From NCBI RefSeq assembly GCF_002854065.1, contig NZ_CP024147.1: a stretch of DNA of 64,000 bases; one strand, given 5' to 3'. A program made the position numbers and the translations under genes. Below the pieces are notes generated by a model that was given only the letters and a program-made list of their open reading frames with translations, was not told the DNA's origin and ran no database searches. The DNA is from Escherichia coli (GTDB taxonomy: Bacteria; Pseudomonadota; Gammaproteobacteria; Enterobacterales; Enterobacteriaceae). Below, in pieces: positions 30,185 through 40,311 of this stretch; position 1 is the stretch's first letter; each line of letters starts with the position of its first letter.

Positions 30185-30726
30185 CAGATGGCCTCTTTCA
30201 TATGGCGAGTCAGTTCAATACGGTCGGACGGCACTAGGCATTTCTGGCGCTTACATTCCGGGCAAGTCTCAAAGCTTTCGCGGTGGTTTTCCGCGCGGCT
30301 GTCGCCGTTGTGCTTAAGCAGCGCAATGGCGTAGTCGATCTCTTTCTGAACGGCGAAAGGACGATTGCAGACGCGGCAGTTACACAGCGCGAAGCGGGAC
30401 TGTTGCAGGAAGTCTTCTTTCTTCCACACCGCCAGTTCGTACTCTTGCGACAGTTTGATCGCCGCCGTCGGGCAAACTTCTTCGCAGCGTCCACAGAAGA
30501 TGCAACGCCCGAGATTAAACTCCCACGCAAGCTCTCCTGTGGCGAGATCAGTTTCAACCGTTAAGGCGTTTGACGGGCAGGCATTGACGCAGGCCGCGCA
30601 GCCGATGCACTGCTGCGGGTTCTGCTCTGGCTTACCACGGAAGTTTTTATCAACCGCAATCGGCTCCAGCGGATAAGACGAGGTCGCCGTGCCGGTTTTG
30701 ATGACTTTTTTGATAAAGGTAAACAT
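30184..30726 (-). CDS. hycF: Formate hydrogenlyase 4Fe-4S subunit
   Basis: 180-aa ORF with two CxxCxxCxxxCP motifs. Confidence 0.93.
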   Translation of the reverse strand: MFTFIKKVIKTGTATSSYPLEPIAVDKNFRGKPEQNPQQCIGCAACVNACPSNALTVETDLATGELAWEFNLGRCIFCGRCEEVCPTAAIKLSQEYELAVWKKEDFLQQSRFALCNCRVCNRPFAVQKEIDYAIALLKHNGDSRAENHRESFETCPECKRQKCLVPSDRIELTRHMKEAI

Positions 30727-30735
30727 GGCGATTCC

Positions 30736-32445
30736 TTATTTCAGCGGCGAGTTTTTACGCTCAATGCTGTAACGCTCGAGTTCTTTGTACGGCACCACTT
30801 TGCTCTTCTTCTTACGCACATCGACCACGGTCATGCGGTCGGTACAGGAGTAGCAAGGGTCGAGGCTACCGATAATCAGCGGCGCATCGGAAACGGTATT
30901 GCCACGCAGCATGTAGCGCAGGGTCGGCCAGTTCGCGTAAGTCGCGGCACGGCAGCGCCAGCGGTACAGCTTCTGGTTGTCGCCGGTCATGCTCCAGTGG
31001 ATATCGTCGCCGCGCGGCGCTTCGGCAAAGCCCAGCGCAAAGCGGTGCGGAATGTAGGTAAAGCCTTCCACCATCAGCGGGCCACCCGGCAGGTTATCCA
31101 GACCGTAGTCGATCATGTTCAGCGCGGTATAGACTTCGTTGATACGCACTTTCAGACGGGAAATAACGTCGCAGCCCTGCTCGCTGTGGACTTCCATTGG
31201 CAGCAAGCCATAACCAACAAACGGGTGATCGGCGCGAGTATCGCGGGCGTGACCGCTGGCGCGGACCATCGGGCCAACGTTACTGAAGTCGCGAGCGATT
31301 TCCGGGTCCAGACGACCAATGCCGACAGTGCGCTGTTCCATGTTCGGCGTACTCAGCAGCACATCCACCAGCTCCTGCACTTCACGACGCATCTGTTGCG
31401 CCAGTTGACGGGTCTGGATCATGTCATCTTTCAGCAGATCGCGACGAATCCCGCCGATCAGGTTCAGGCCGTAGGTTTTACGCGCACCGGTAAGGATCTC
31501 TGCCATTTTCATGGAGGTTTCACGCACGCGGAAGAACTGCATAAAGCCGGAGTCGAAGCCGGTAAAGTGGCAGGCGAGGCCGAGGTTGAGCAGATGCGAG
31601 TGCAGGCGTTCCACCTCCAGCAGAATGGCGCGGATCATCTGCGCACGTTCTGGCACCTGAATACCCATCGCGTTTTCCACCGACGTGGTGTAGGCGGTGC
31701 TGTGAGCAAAGCCGCAGATCCCGCACACACGGTCAGAGAGGAAGGTCACTTCGTTATAACCCATGCGGGTTTCCGCCAGTTTTTCCATGCCGCGATGGAC
31801 GTAGAACAGACGGTAGTCGGCGTCGATAATGTTTTCGCCATCGACGAACAGACGGAAGTGACCCGGTTCGTCAGAAGTGACGTGCAGCGGACCAATCGGC
31901 ACGACGTTGTTTTTCTTGTCGCCCAGTTCGTTGATGAACTCGTAGGTTTCAGCATCGGTGGTCGGTGCCGGACGTTGACGATAATCCATGCTGTCTTTAC
32001 GCAGCGGATAAAGTTCATCCGGCCAGTCATCCGGCAGCACCAGACGGCGTTCATCCGGCAGCCCTACCGGAATCAAACCGTACATATCGCGCACTTCGCG
32101 CTCGCCCCACACCGCCGCCGGAACGCGCGGCGTCACGGACGGATACTCCGGTTTGTTGGCATCAACTTCGACGCGAACCGTTACCCAACACTTGGTGCCC
32201 TTCTCCATCGACAGCACGTAATAAACGGCGTAATGACCATTCAGTTTGCGTTCGTCGTTACCAAACAGTACCGACAGCCAGCCACCCTGTTTGTAGTAAA
32301 GAAACTCCACCACTTCCGGCAGGTAGTTCACCTTTACGGTGACAGTCAGCTGATCTTTGGTCTGCCAGGCGTGGTCCAGCACGACGCCCGGAAATGCCTC
32401 ATTCAGCGCGGCGAGATAATGTTGACCTAATTTTTCTTCAGACAT
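30736..32445 (-). CDS. hycE: Hydrogenase 3 [NiFe] large subunit
   Basis: ORF with NuoC/NuoD-like domains; start set at MSEEKLGQHYLAAL (569 aa). Confidence 0.95.
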   Translation of the reverse strand: MSEEKLGQHYLAALNEAFPGVVLDHAWQTKDQLTVTVKVNYLPEVVEFLYYKQGGWLSVLFGNDERKLNGHYAVYYVLSMEKGTKCWVTVRVEVDANKPEYPSVTPRVPAAVWGEREVRDMYGLIPVGLPDERRLVLPDDWPDELYPLRKDSMDYRQRPAPTTDAETYEFINELGDKKNNVVPIGPLHVTSDEPGHFRLFVDGENIIDADYRLFYVHRGMEKLAETRMGYNEVTFLSDRVCGICGFAHSTAYTTSVENAMGIQVPERAQMIRAILLEVERLHSHLLNLGLACHFTGFDSGFMQFFRVRETSMKMAEILTGARKTYGLNLIGGIRRDLLKDDMIQTRQLAQQMRREVQELVDVLLSTPNMEQRTVGIGRLDPEIARDFSNVGPMVRASGHARDTRADHPFVGYGLLPMEVHSEQGCDVISRLKVRINEVYTALNMIDYGLDNLPGGPLMVEGFTYIPHRFALGFAEAPRGDDIHWSMTGDNQKLYRWRCRAATYANWPTLRYMLRGNTVSDAPLIIGSLDPCYSCTDRMTVVDVRKKKSKVVPYKELERYSIERKNSPLK

Positions 32446-32462
32446 GCTCAAACTCTCTTTAA

Positions 32463-33386
32463 TCACGCCGCCAGCAAGGAGACGAACGCTAAAAATGCAA
32501 AGCCAAACCCAGCCCAGGTAATGCGCGGAGTAATATCAAGACGCAGACGGGCCATGCTGTTTTCGAACAGCGCGATAACCAGGACGCCGACCACCAGTTT
32601 GACGATGGCAATCACCAACGCCAGCAGCAGCCCACCGACGGTGAAGGTTTCCATTTGTCCCCACGGAATAAACACCCCGACGAACATCTGCAGCACCACC
32701 AACTGTTTCAGGCTGATACCCCATTTCATGACGCCAAAGCCGCTGCCGCTGTACTCAGAGAGCGGACCTTCCTGCAACTCCTGCTCGGCTTCCGCCAGGT
32801 CGAACGGCAGTTTTCCCATTTCGATAAAAGTGGCGAACGCACAGGCACAAAGCGCCAGCACCAGCGGGATGCTCTGGCTCAGCGGCCAGTGATAAACGGT
32901 GTCGGTGATGTTGCTGATGTTGGTGGAACCGGCAACCTGTGCGGCAACCCACAGACCAAGCAGCAGCATCGGTTCGACCAGCACGCCAAGCATCGCTTCA
33001 CGGCTCGCGCCGATAGCAGTAAACGGGCTACCGGTATCCAGACCGGAAATGGCAAAGAAGAAACGCGCGATGGCAAAGAGATACAGTAAGGTGATCAAAT
33101 CGCCCAGTTGCGGCAGCGGAGAACCAACGGTCACCACCGGCAGCGCAGTAGCGATAGTCAGCATGACGCCCACCATCACATACGGCGTCAGGCGGAACAC
33201 CCAGCCGGAGGCATCCGGGCCAACGCTCTGACGCCCCAGCAGTTTGATAATGTCGCGATACTCCTGCAACACGCCCGGCCCGCGACGGTTATGCAAGCGG
33301 GCGCGCGCCACGCGGGTTATACCGGAGAGCAGCGGCGCAACGGCAAATAACACCAGCGCCTGAATTAACGGATATAAAACACTCAT
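32463..33386 (-). CDS. hycD: Formate hydrogenlyase membrane subunit (NuoH-like)
   Basis: 307-aa polytopic membrane ORF. Confidence 0.93.
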   Translation of the reverse strand: MSVLYPLIQALVLFAVAPLLSGITRVARARLHNRRGPGVLQEYRDIIKLLGRQSVGPDASGWVFRLTPYVMVGVMLTIATALPVVTVGSPLPQLGDLITLLYLFAIARFFFAISGLDTGSPFTAIGASREAMLGVLVEPMLLLGLWVAAQVAGSTNISNITDTVYHWPLSQSIPLVLALCACAFATFIEMGKLPFDLAEAEQELQEGPLSEYSGSGFGVMKWGISLKQLVVLQMFVGVFIPWGQMETFTVGGLLLALVIAIVKLVVGVLVIALFENSMARLRLDITPRITWAGFGFAFLAFVSLLAA

Positions 33387-33388
33387 TC

Positions 33389-35215
33389 TCAGGCTCCTCG
33401 TGAAACAATAATCACCACCAGTACCGCCAGTTCAACCAGCGCCATCCGGCGGAACAGCAACGCACTCCCCTCGCACTGCCAGCCCGGCACCAGCGACACC
33501 GGATTCAGCCATTTGCGCAGTTTCAGCACCGGCGCAAACGCCTGTTTCACCGGCATGGCAAAACCGTGAGCGGTAATCACCATTGATTTTTCGTGGTCGT
33601 AACCGCACACCCAGGCCGCACCGCGGGAACGCGATGGCAAACGATCGCCTTTGCAAATCGCCATAATGATGAATGGCAGCAGCGGGCAGGCAATCAGCAG
33701 CAACGTGATCATCGGTTGAGAAACGGTGGTGTTAGCAGGCTCCAGCGGCAGAGGTACAGCAGCAGACAGCATCGGCAGCAGCCACGGCGCAGCAACACCG
33801 CCAATTACGCAGCAAATCGCCAGTGCCACTACGCTTACGCTCATCAGGAGCGGCGCACAGGTGGCGTTTTCGGCTTCTTTGGTACGCGGCGCGCCGAGGA
33901 ACGTGACGCCATAGACTTTCGCCATACACATAACCGCCAGCGCACCGGTAATTGCCAGCCCCACAGCGAGCAGCGGCCCCAGCAGACGTGCAACAAACGC
34001 GCCACTATTGCTCAGTTTGAAAAAGGATTGATAGATAACCCATTCCCCGGCAAACCCGTTCAGCGGCGGCAGCGCAGCCATTGCCATCAACCCGACTAAC
34101 ATGGCGATGGAGATAACCGGCATTTTCTTGCCAATACCACCGAGTTTTTCGATATCGCGATGACCGGTACGGAACCAGACGCTCCCCGCCCCGAGGAACA
34201 GTACGCTTTTGAACAGGCTATGGTTAAGCAGATGGTACAGACCACCGACCAGGCCAAGAGCAATCAGCGCCGGTTGTTCGAGCGCGATACCCGTTACGCC
34301 AGCGCCCAGCCCCAGCAGGATAATGCCGATATTTTCCAGGGTGTGGTAAGCCAGTAGACGCTGGATGTTATGCTCCATCAGCGCATACAGACCACCGACG
34401 AACGCGGTGATCATACCGAGCACCAGCAGCGCGATCCCCCACCACAGCGGTGCATTACCACCCAGCAGCGACAGGGTTAAAATGCCCAGCAGGCCAATTT
34501 TCATGACTACCGTAGAAAACAACGCGGCAGCTGGCGCAGAGGCGTTCGCATGTGCCTGCGGCACCCAGCCGTGCAGCGGAATAATCCCGGCCAGCAGGCC
34601 AAAGCCAATCACACCGAGCAGCCAGATATCGGAACCGAGCGGCAGCTGTTGCATACGCATATCCAGCAGGCGCAGATCCAGCGTGCCGTAACGCTGCCAC
34701 AGCAGCCAGCAAGCAATCGCCAGCAGCAGAGTGCCAAGACGCCCCAGCGCAAACCACAGTTTGCCCTCTTTGCTGTTGTTGGTGAGGAACACCGCACACA
34801 AGGCCATGACTTCAGCCATTACCACGAACATGCCGAGGTTGCTGGCGATGACGGCGCAGACGGCGGCAGCCATCAACATATTGATCTGCAAGCCGTTGCA
34901 CTTCACCTGCGCGTGGCGATGCCAGTCAATGTTGTAGAGGCTGACAAACAGACCGCACAGACCGAGCGTAATCAGCCAAATCGCGTTAAGCGGAGAGATT
35001 TGCACATCGTAGCTTACCAGCGACAGCGCACCGCTCACGCCAACCGCGCCAGTCAGTACTGTGAAGCCCGCTGCTGCCGTATACAGACTACCAACCGCGC
35101 CGCCAATTCCGGCTATCCAGCCGCTTAGCGCCTTTTGAAAAGAAAAGAGAAATGCCAGAACAGCGGCGGCGACAAACCACGCCACGCCGCTATTGATCAG
35201 GGAAATTGCGCTCAT
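33389..35215 (-). CDS. hycC: Formate hydrogenlyase membrane subunit (NuoL-like)
   Basis: 608-aa polytopic membrane ORF. Confidence 0.93.
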   Translation of the reverse strand: MSAISLINSGVAWFVAAAVLAFLFSFQKALSGWIAGIGGAVGSLYTAAAGFTVLTGAVGVSGALSLVSYDVQISPLNAIWLITLGLCGLFVSLYNIDWHRHAQVKCNGLQINMLMAAAVCAVIASNLGMFVVMAEVMALCAVFLTNNSKEGKLWFALGRLGTLLLAIACWLLWQRYGTLDLRLLDMRMQQLPLGSDIWLLGVIGFGLLAGIIPLHGWVPQAHANASAPAAALFSTVVMKIGLLGILTLSLLGGNAPLWWGIALLVLGMITAFVGGLYALMEHNIQRLLAYHTLENIGIILLGLGAGVTGIALEQPALIALGLVGGLYHLLNHSLFKSVLFLGAGSVWFRTGHRDIEKLGGIGKKMPVISIAMLVGLMAMAALPPLNGFAGEWVIYQSFFKLSNSGAFVARLLGPLLAVGLAITGALAVMCMAKVYGVTFLGAPRTKEAENATCAPLLMSVSVVALAICCVIGGVAAPWLLPMLSAAVPLPLEPANTTVSQPMITLLLIACPLLPFIIMAICKGDRLPSRSRGAAWVCGYDHEKSMVITAHGFAMPVKQAFAPVLKLRKWLNPVSLVPGWQCEGSALLFRRMALVELAVLVVIIVSRGA

Positions 35216-35823
35216 TTAGCCTCTCCACTTTGAGCCTGCTGAAACAAGGTGAGATCGCCAAAGTCCGTGTTAAAGGTCAGCTCACGCTTACGTTTGCTGA
35301 CGCGGGCGATATCGGTGTTATCCACCAGATGCAGGGCTTTAGTCGGGCACATCCGCACGCAGGCCGGACCTTGTTCATCAAAGCTACAAAGGTCACATTT
35401 GACGGCGATCGCGCGAATACCTGGCACCCAGTCAAGCAATGTGCTGACACGCGCCGGAGCAGGCGGTGCCGGTGGCGCTTTCGGGGTATTGGCGTTTGCC
35501 GGAATATCCAGCGGACGGCTGCCGGAAAATTCGATTGCGCCAAACGGGCAGGCGATGCCGCACAGTTTGCAGCTTACGCACAGACTTTCATTCAACTGCA
35601 CGGCCCCATCAACGCGGGTGATGGCGTTAACCGGGCAGACCACCGCGCAGGGTGCATCTTCACAGTGGTGACAGAGCTGCGGCGCAGATTCTTTTTCATT
35701 GAGCATCACTCTCAGGCGCGGCATTGATTGCAGGCCGTGCTGGCGATGCGTCTCTGAACAGGCGGCCTCACAAGTGTGGCAACCGATACAGAGCGTGGAG
35801 TCAGCAATTACAAAACGATTCAC
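35212..35823 (-). CDS. hycB: Formate hydrogenlyase 4Fe-4S ferredoxin subunit
   Basis: 203-aa ORF with four CxxCxxCxxxCP motifs. Confidence 0.93.
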   Translation of the reverse strand: MNRFVIADSTLCIGCHTCEAACSETHRQHGLQSMPRLRVMLNEKESAPQLCHHCEDAPCAVVCPVNAITRVDGAVQLNESLCVSCKLCGIACPFGAIEFSGSRPLDIPANANTPKAPPAPPAPARVSTLLDWVPGIRAIAVKCDLCSFDEQGPACVRMCPTKALHLVDNTDIARVSKRKRELTFNTDFGDLTLFQQAQSGEAK

Positions 35824-35842
35824 CAGGCATTCCTCAGGTGAT

Positions 35843-35900
35843 TGTCATTTTTGACGAAAACATGCCGATGAAATGTCATTTTCGACACTCATCGACACGC
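35843..35900. promoter_or_regulatory. Putative FhlA-binding repeats in the hycA-hycB spacer
   Basis: ttgtcatttttgacgaaaacatgccgatgaaatgtcattttcgacactcatcgacacg contains repeated TGTCA/CGACA half-sites. Confidence 0.5.
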
Positions 35901-35947
35901 CCATCCCCAAACAGGCGTAACGCCTGCAAAACGGGCAAAGCCTCAGC

Positions 35948-36409
35948 TCATGCTGCCGGGCTTTGTCCCTTTACCAGTTGGCTTAAATTCACCGGCACAT
36001 TGTTTTCAATGGCGGTGTATAAGCTGTCGTAAACGCCAGCGATTTTTTCGAGATAGTGTTCCAGAACCTGTTCGCGATCGCGGATGTTGACCTTGCCATC
36101 AATCATGCCGTCAATGCTCAGTTGCGCCTGCGCAATCCGCTGTTTGTCTTCGCCATCTTTTGTTTCGACGTAATACTCGATGGTGTGGCTGTTAAAGCCA
36201 TCCGCCAGGGTGACGTAAATACGAAAATGTTCAAAAAGGACGAAACAGAGTTCTTTGTCCGGCGCGCAGCTCATGGCGTGATGCAGGCGCGCTTTCGATA
36301 ACGTGATCCCCTGAACCAGCGAATTGCAGTAGATGTGCCACTGGTCCTGTAGGCGACGATGCCGCTGTGCGATGTAATCGGCTTTCTCGCTTATTTCCCA
36401 AATAGTCAT
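35948..36409 (-). CDS. hycA: Formate hydrogenlyase regulatory protein HycA
   Basis: 153-aa ORF MTIWEISEKADYIAQRHRRLQDQ. Confidence 0.93.
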   Translation of the reverse strand: MTIWEISEKADYIAQRHRRLQDQWHIYCNSLVQGITLSKARLHHAMSCAPDKELCFVLFEHFRIYVTLADGFNSHTIEYYVETKDGEDKQRIAQAQLSIDGMIDGKVNIRDREQVLEHYLEKIAGVYDSLYTAIENNVPVNLSQLVKGQSPAA

Positions 36410-36445
36410 TGTCAGGTTACCCGTTTAACAGAGATGCCAGCTTTA

Positions 36446-36461
36446 AGCATTTTTTGTGCCA
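36446..36461 (-). promoter_or_regulatory. Sigma54 promoter of the hyc operon (TGGCAC-N6-TGCT)
   Basis: Minus-strand TGGCACaaaaaaTGCT with the GG-N10-GC spacing, about 40 bp upstream of hycA. Confidence 0.75.
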
Positions 36462-36506
36462 ACTTTTAATTTATTGTTATTAAAGCGATTTTTAAGATTT
36501 TGGTGA

Positions 36507-36550
36507 ATTTCGTCGCCGTGTCGACGTGTCATTTCGACATCATCGACATT
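36507..36550. promoter_or_regulatory. FhlA upstream activating sequence shared by the divergent hyc and hyp promoters
   Basis: cgtgtcgacgtgtcatttcgacatcatcgacatt, tandem TGTCG-N-CGACA palindromes midway between the two sigma54 promoters. Confidence 0.8.
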
Positions 36551-36574
36551 ATTCACTGCAGGGATAATCAACAC

Positions 36575-36590
36575 TGGCACAATTATTGCT
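36575..36590 (+). promoter_or_regulatory. Sigma54 promoter of the hyp operon (TGGCAC-N5-TTGCT)
   Basis: cTGGCACaattaTTGCTt about 30 bp upstream of hypA. Confidence 0.8.
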
Positions 36591-36620
36591 TGTAGCTGGC
36601 AATAGTTAATGGGAGGCGAT

Positions 36621-36971
36621 ATGCACGAAATAACCCTCTGCCAACGGGCACTGGAATTGATCGAACAGCAGGCCGCAAAACACGGCGCAAAACGCGTAAC
36701 TGGGGTCTGGCTCAAAATTGGCGCATTTTCTTGTGTCGAAACCAGCTCTCTTGCCTTTTGTTTTGATCTGGTTTGCCGCGGCAGCGTGGCGGAAGGTTGT
36801 AAACTGCACCTCGAAGAACAAGAGGCCGAATGCTGGTGTGAAACATGCCAACAGTATGTGACGCTACTGACCCAGCGCGTCCGCCGCTGTCCACAGTGTC
36901 ATGGTGACATGCTACAGATTGTGGCAGACGACGGTTTACAGATTCGGCGGATAGAAATAGACCAGGAGTGA
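36621..36971 (+). CDS. hypA: Hydrogenase nickel insertion protein HypA
   Basis: ORF MHEITLCQRALELIEQQAAKHGAKRV with C-terminal CxxC...CxxC zinc site; start set at MHEITL. Confidence 0.93.
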   Translation: MHEITLCQRALELIEQQAAKHGAKRVTGVWLKIGAFSCVETSSLAFCFDLVCRGSVAEGCKLHLEEQEAECWCETCQQYVTLLTQRVRRCPQCHGDMLQIVADDGLQIRRIEIDQE

Positions 36972-36974
36972 GCG

Positions 36975-37847
36975 ATGTGTACAACATGCGGTTGCGGTGA
37001 AGGCAACCTGTATATCGAGGGTGATGAACATAACCCTCATTCCGCGTTTCGTAGCGCGCCATTTGCCCCGGCGGCACGCCCGAAGATGAAAATCACCGGC
37101 ATTAAAGCGCCTGAATTTATCCCCAGCCAGACTGAAGAAGGCGACCTGCATTACGGTCATGGCGAAGCGGGCACTCACGCACCGGGCATGAGCCAGCGCC
37201 GGATGCTGGAAGTCGAAATTGACGTGCTGGACAAAAACAACCGTCTGGCTGAACGCAACCGCGCGCGCTTTGCTGCCCGCAAGCAACTGGTGCTCAACCT
37301 GGTTTCCAGCCCTGGTTCCGGTAAAACCACCCTGCTGACGGAAACCTTAATGCGCCTGAAAGACAGTGTTCCGTGCGCGGTTATTGAAGGTGACCAGCAA
37401 ACCGTGAACGATGCCGCACGCATTCGCGCTACCGGCACACCAGCGATTCAGGTGAATACCGGTAAAGGCTGCCATCTTGACGCACAGATGATTGCTGACG
37501 CCGCACCGCGCCTGCCACTGGACGATAACGGTATTCTGTTTATCGAAAACGTTGGCAACCTCGTATGCCCGGCGAGCTTCGATCTCGGTGAAAAACACAA
37601 AGTGGCGGTGCTTTCCGTTACCGAAGGTGAAGACAAACCGCTGAAATATCCGCATATGTTTGCCGCCGCCTCGCTGATGCTGCTCAACAAAGTTGACCTG
37701 TTGCCGTATCTCAACTTTGACGTTGAGAAGTGCATCGCCTGCGCCCGCGAAGTCAATCCAGAAATTGAAATCATCCTTATTTCCGCCACCAGCGGCGAAG
37801 GGATGGACCAGTGGCTGAACTGGCTGGAGACACAGCGATGTGCATAG
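36975..37847 (+). CDS. hypB: Hydrogenase nickel incorporation GTPase HypB
   Basis: 290-aa ORF with N-terminal [10 protein letters not shown] metal site and P-loop GSGKTT. Confidence 0.95.
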   Translation: MCTTCGCGEGNLYIEGDEHNPHSAFRSAPFAPAARPKMKITGIKAPEFIPSQTEEGDLHYGHGEAGTHAPGMSQRRMLEVEIDVLDKNNRLAERNRARFAARKQLVLNLVSSPGSGKTTLLTETLMRLKDSVPCAVIEGDQQTVNDAARIRATGTPAIQVNTGKGCHLDAQMIADAAPRLPLDDNGILFIENVGNLVCPASFDLGEKHKVAVLSVTEGEDKPLKYPHMFAAASLMLLNKVDLLPYLNFDVEKCIACAREVNPEIEIILISATSGEGMDQWLNWLETQRCA

Positions 37848-38110
37848 GCGTTCCCGGCCAGATCCGCACCATTGACGGTAACCAGGCGAAAGTCGACGTC
37901 TGCGGCATTCAGCGCGATGTCGATTTAACGTTAGTCGGCAGCTGCGATGAAAACGGTCAGCCGCGCGTGGGCCAGTGGGTACTGGTTCACGTTGGCTTTG
38001 CCATGAGCGTAATTAATGAAGCCGAAGCACGCGACACTCTCGACGCCTTACAAAACATGTTTGACGTTGAGCCGGATGTCGGCGCGCTGTTGTATGGCGA
38101 GGAAAAATAA
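37838..38110 (+). CDS. hypC: Hydrogenase maturation chaperone HypC
   Basis: 90-aa ORF starting [10 protein letters not shown] (conserved Cys2). Confidence 0.93.
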   Translation: MCIGVPGQIRTIDGNQAKVDVCGIQRDVDLTLVGSCDENGQPRVGQWVLVHVGFAMSVINEAEARDTLDALQNMFDVEPDVGALLYGEEK

Positions 38111-39231
38111 TGCGTTTTGTTGATGAATATCGCGCGCCGGAACAGGTGATGCAGTTAATTGAGCATCTGCGCGAACGTGCTTCACATCTCTCTTACACAG
38201 CCGAACGCCCTCTGCGGATTATGGAAGTGTGTGGCGGTCATACTCACGCTATCTTTAAATTCGGCCTCGACCAGTTACTGCCGGAAAACGTTGAGTTTAT
38301 CCACGGTCCGGGTTGCCCGGTGTGCGTACTGCCGATGGGTAGAATCGACACCTGCGTGGAGATTGCCAGCCATCCGGAAGTCATCTTCTGTACCTTTGGC
38401 GACGCCATGCGCGTACCAGGGAAACAGGGATCGCTGTTGCAGGCAAAAGCACGCGGTGCCGATGTGCGTATCGTTTACTCGCCGATGGATGCGTTGAAAC
38501 TGGCGCAGGAGAATCCAACCCGCAAAGTGGTGTTCTTCGGCTTAGGTTTTGAAACCACCATGCCGACCACCGCTATCACTCTGCAACAGGCGAAAGCGCG
38601 TGATGTGCAGAATTTTTACTTCTTCTGCCAGCACATTACGCTTATCCCGACGCTTCGCAGTTTGCTGGAACAGCCGAATAACGGTATCGACGCGTTCCTC
38701 GCGCCGGGGCACGTTAGTATGGTTATCGGCACTGATGCCTATAATTTTATCGCCAGCGATTTTCATCGTCCGCTGGTGGTCGCTGGTTTCGAACCCCTTG
38801 ATCTACTGCAAGGCGTGGTGATGCTGGTGGAGCAGAAAATAGCGGCCCACAGCAAGGTAGAGAATCAGTATCGTCGGGTGGTACCGGATGCCGGTAACCT
38901 GCTGGCGCAACAGGCGATTGCCGATGTGTTCTGTGTCAACGGCGACAGCGAATGGCGCGGCTTAGGCGTGATTGAATCTTCTGGCGTGCACCTGACGCCG
39001 GATTATCAACGATTCGATGCCGAAGCACATTTCCGCCCGGCACCGCAGCAGGTCTGCGATGACCCGCGCGCGCGTTGTGGTGAGGTATTAACGGGCAAAT
39101 GTAAGCCGCATCAATGCCCGCTGTTTGGTAACACCTGTAATCCTCAAACCGCATTTGGTGCACTGATGGTCTCCTCCGAAGGAGCGTGCGCCGCGTGGTA
39201 TCAGTATCGTCAGCAGGAGAGTGAAGCGTGA
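38110..39231 (+). CDS. hypD: Hydrogenase maturation factor HypD
   Basis: 373-aa ORF with [14 protein letters not shown]-terminus and CGxH / CPVC motifs. Confidence 0.95.
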   Translation: MRFVDEYRAPEQVMQLIEHLRERASHLSYTAERPLRIMEVCGGHTHAIFKFGLDQLLPENVEFIHGPGCPVCVLPMGRIDTCVEIASHPEVIFCTFGDAMRVPGKQGSLLQAKARGADVRIVYSPMDALKLAQENPTRKVVFFGLGFETTMPTTAITLQQAKARDVQNFYFFCQHITLIPTLRSLLEQPNNGIDAFLAPGHVSMVIGTDAYNFIASDFHRPLVVAGFEPLDLLQGVVMLVEQKIAAHSKVENQYRRVVPDAGNLLAQQAIADVFCVNGDSEWRGLGVIESSGVHLTPDYQRFDAEAHFRPAPQQVCDDPRARCGEVLTGKCKPHQCPLFGNTCNPQTAFGALMVSSEGACAAWYQYRQQESEA

Positions 39232-40238
39232 ATAATATCCAACTCGCCCACGGCAGCGGCGGCCAGGCGATGCAGCAATTAATCAACAGCCTGTTTTTGG
39301 AAGCCTTTGCCAACCCGTGGCTGGCAGAGCAGGAAGATCAGGCACGTCTTGATCTGGCGCAACTGATAGCGGAAGGCGACCGTCTGGCGTTCTCCACCGA
39401 CAGTTACGTTATTGACCCGCTGTTCTTCCCTGGCGGTAATATCGGCAAGCTGGCGATTTGCGGCACAGCCAATGACGTTGCGGTCAGTGGTGCCATTCCG
39501 CGCTATCTCTCCTGTGGCTTTATCCTCGAAGAAGGATTGCCGATGGAGACACTGAAAGCCGTAGTGACCAGCATGGCAGAAACCGCCCGCACGGCAGGCA
39601 TTGCCATCGTTACTGGCGATACTAAAGTGGTGCAGCGCGGCGCGGCAGATAAACTGTTTATCAACACCGCGGGCATGGGCGCAATTCCGGTGAATATTCA
39701 CTGGGGCGCACAGACGCTAACCGCAGGCGATGTATTGCTGGTTAGCGGTACACTCGGCGACCACGGGGCGACTATCCTTAACCTGCGTGAGCAGCTGGGG
39801 CTGGATGGCGAACTGGTCAGCGACTGCGCGGTGCTGACGCCCCTTATTCAGACGCTGCGTGACATTCCCGGCGTGAAAGCGCTGCGTGATGCCACCCGTG
39901 GTGGTGTAAACGCGGTGGTTCATGAGTTCGCGGCAGCCTGCGGTTGCGGTATTGAAATTTCTGAATCAGCGCTGCCGGTTAAACCTGCCGTGCGCGGCGT
40001 TTGCGAATTGCTGGGACTGGACGCCCTGAACTTTGCCAACGAAGGCAAACTGGTGATCGCCGTTGAACGCAACGCGGCAGAGCAAGTGCTGGCAGCGTTA
40101 CATTCCCATCCACTGGGGAAAGACGCGGCGCTGATTGGTGAAGTGGTGGAACGTAAAGGTGTTCGTCTTGCCGGTCTGTATGGCGTGAAACGAACCCTCG
40201 ATTTACCACACGCCGAACCGCTTCCGCGTATATGCTAA
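39228..40238 (+). CDS. hypE: Carbamoyl dehydratase HypE
   Basis: 336-aa ORF ending in the conserved C-terminal ...PRIC. Confidence 0.95.
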   Translation: MNNIQLAHGSGGQAMQQLINSLFLEAFANPWLAEQEDQARLDLAQLIAEGDRLAFSTDSYVIDPLFFPGGNIGKLAICGTANDVAVSGAIPRYLSCGFILEEGLPMETLKAVVTSMAETARTAGIAIVTGDTKVVQRGAADKLFINTAGMGAIPVNIHWGAQTLTAGDVLLVSGTLGDHGATILNLREQLGLDGELVSDCAVLTPLIQTLRDIPGVKALRDATRGGVNAVVHEFAAACGCGIEISESALPVKPAVRGVCELLGLDALNFANEGKLVIAVERNAAEQVLAALHSHPLGKDAALIGEVVERKGVRLAGLYGVKRTLDLPHAEPLPRIC

Positions 40239-40311
40239 TAAAATTCTAAATCTCCTATAGTTAGTCAATGACCTTTTGCACCGCTTTGCGGTGCTTTCCT
40301 GGAAGAACAAA

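Noticed and set aside
30997-32430. 477-aa plus-strand ORF
   Set aside because: Antisense to hycE (hydrogenase large subunit); same reasoning. Other antisense ORFs of 100-235 aa inside gshA, hypF, hycC, hycB, mutS, ygbK, rpoS and nlpD were rejected likewise.
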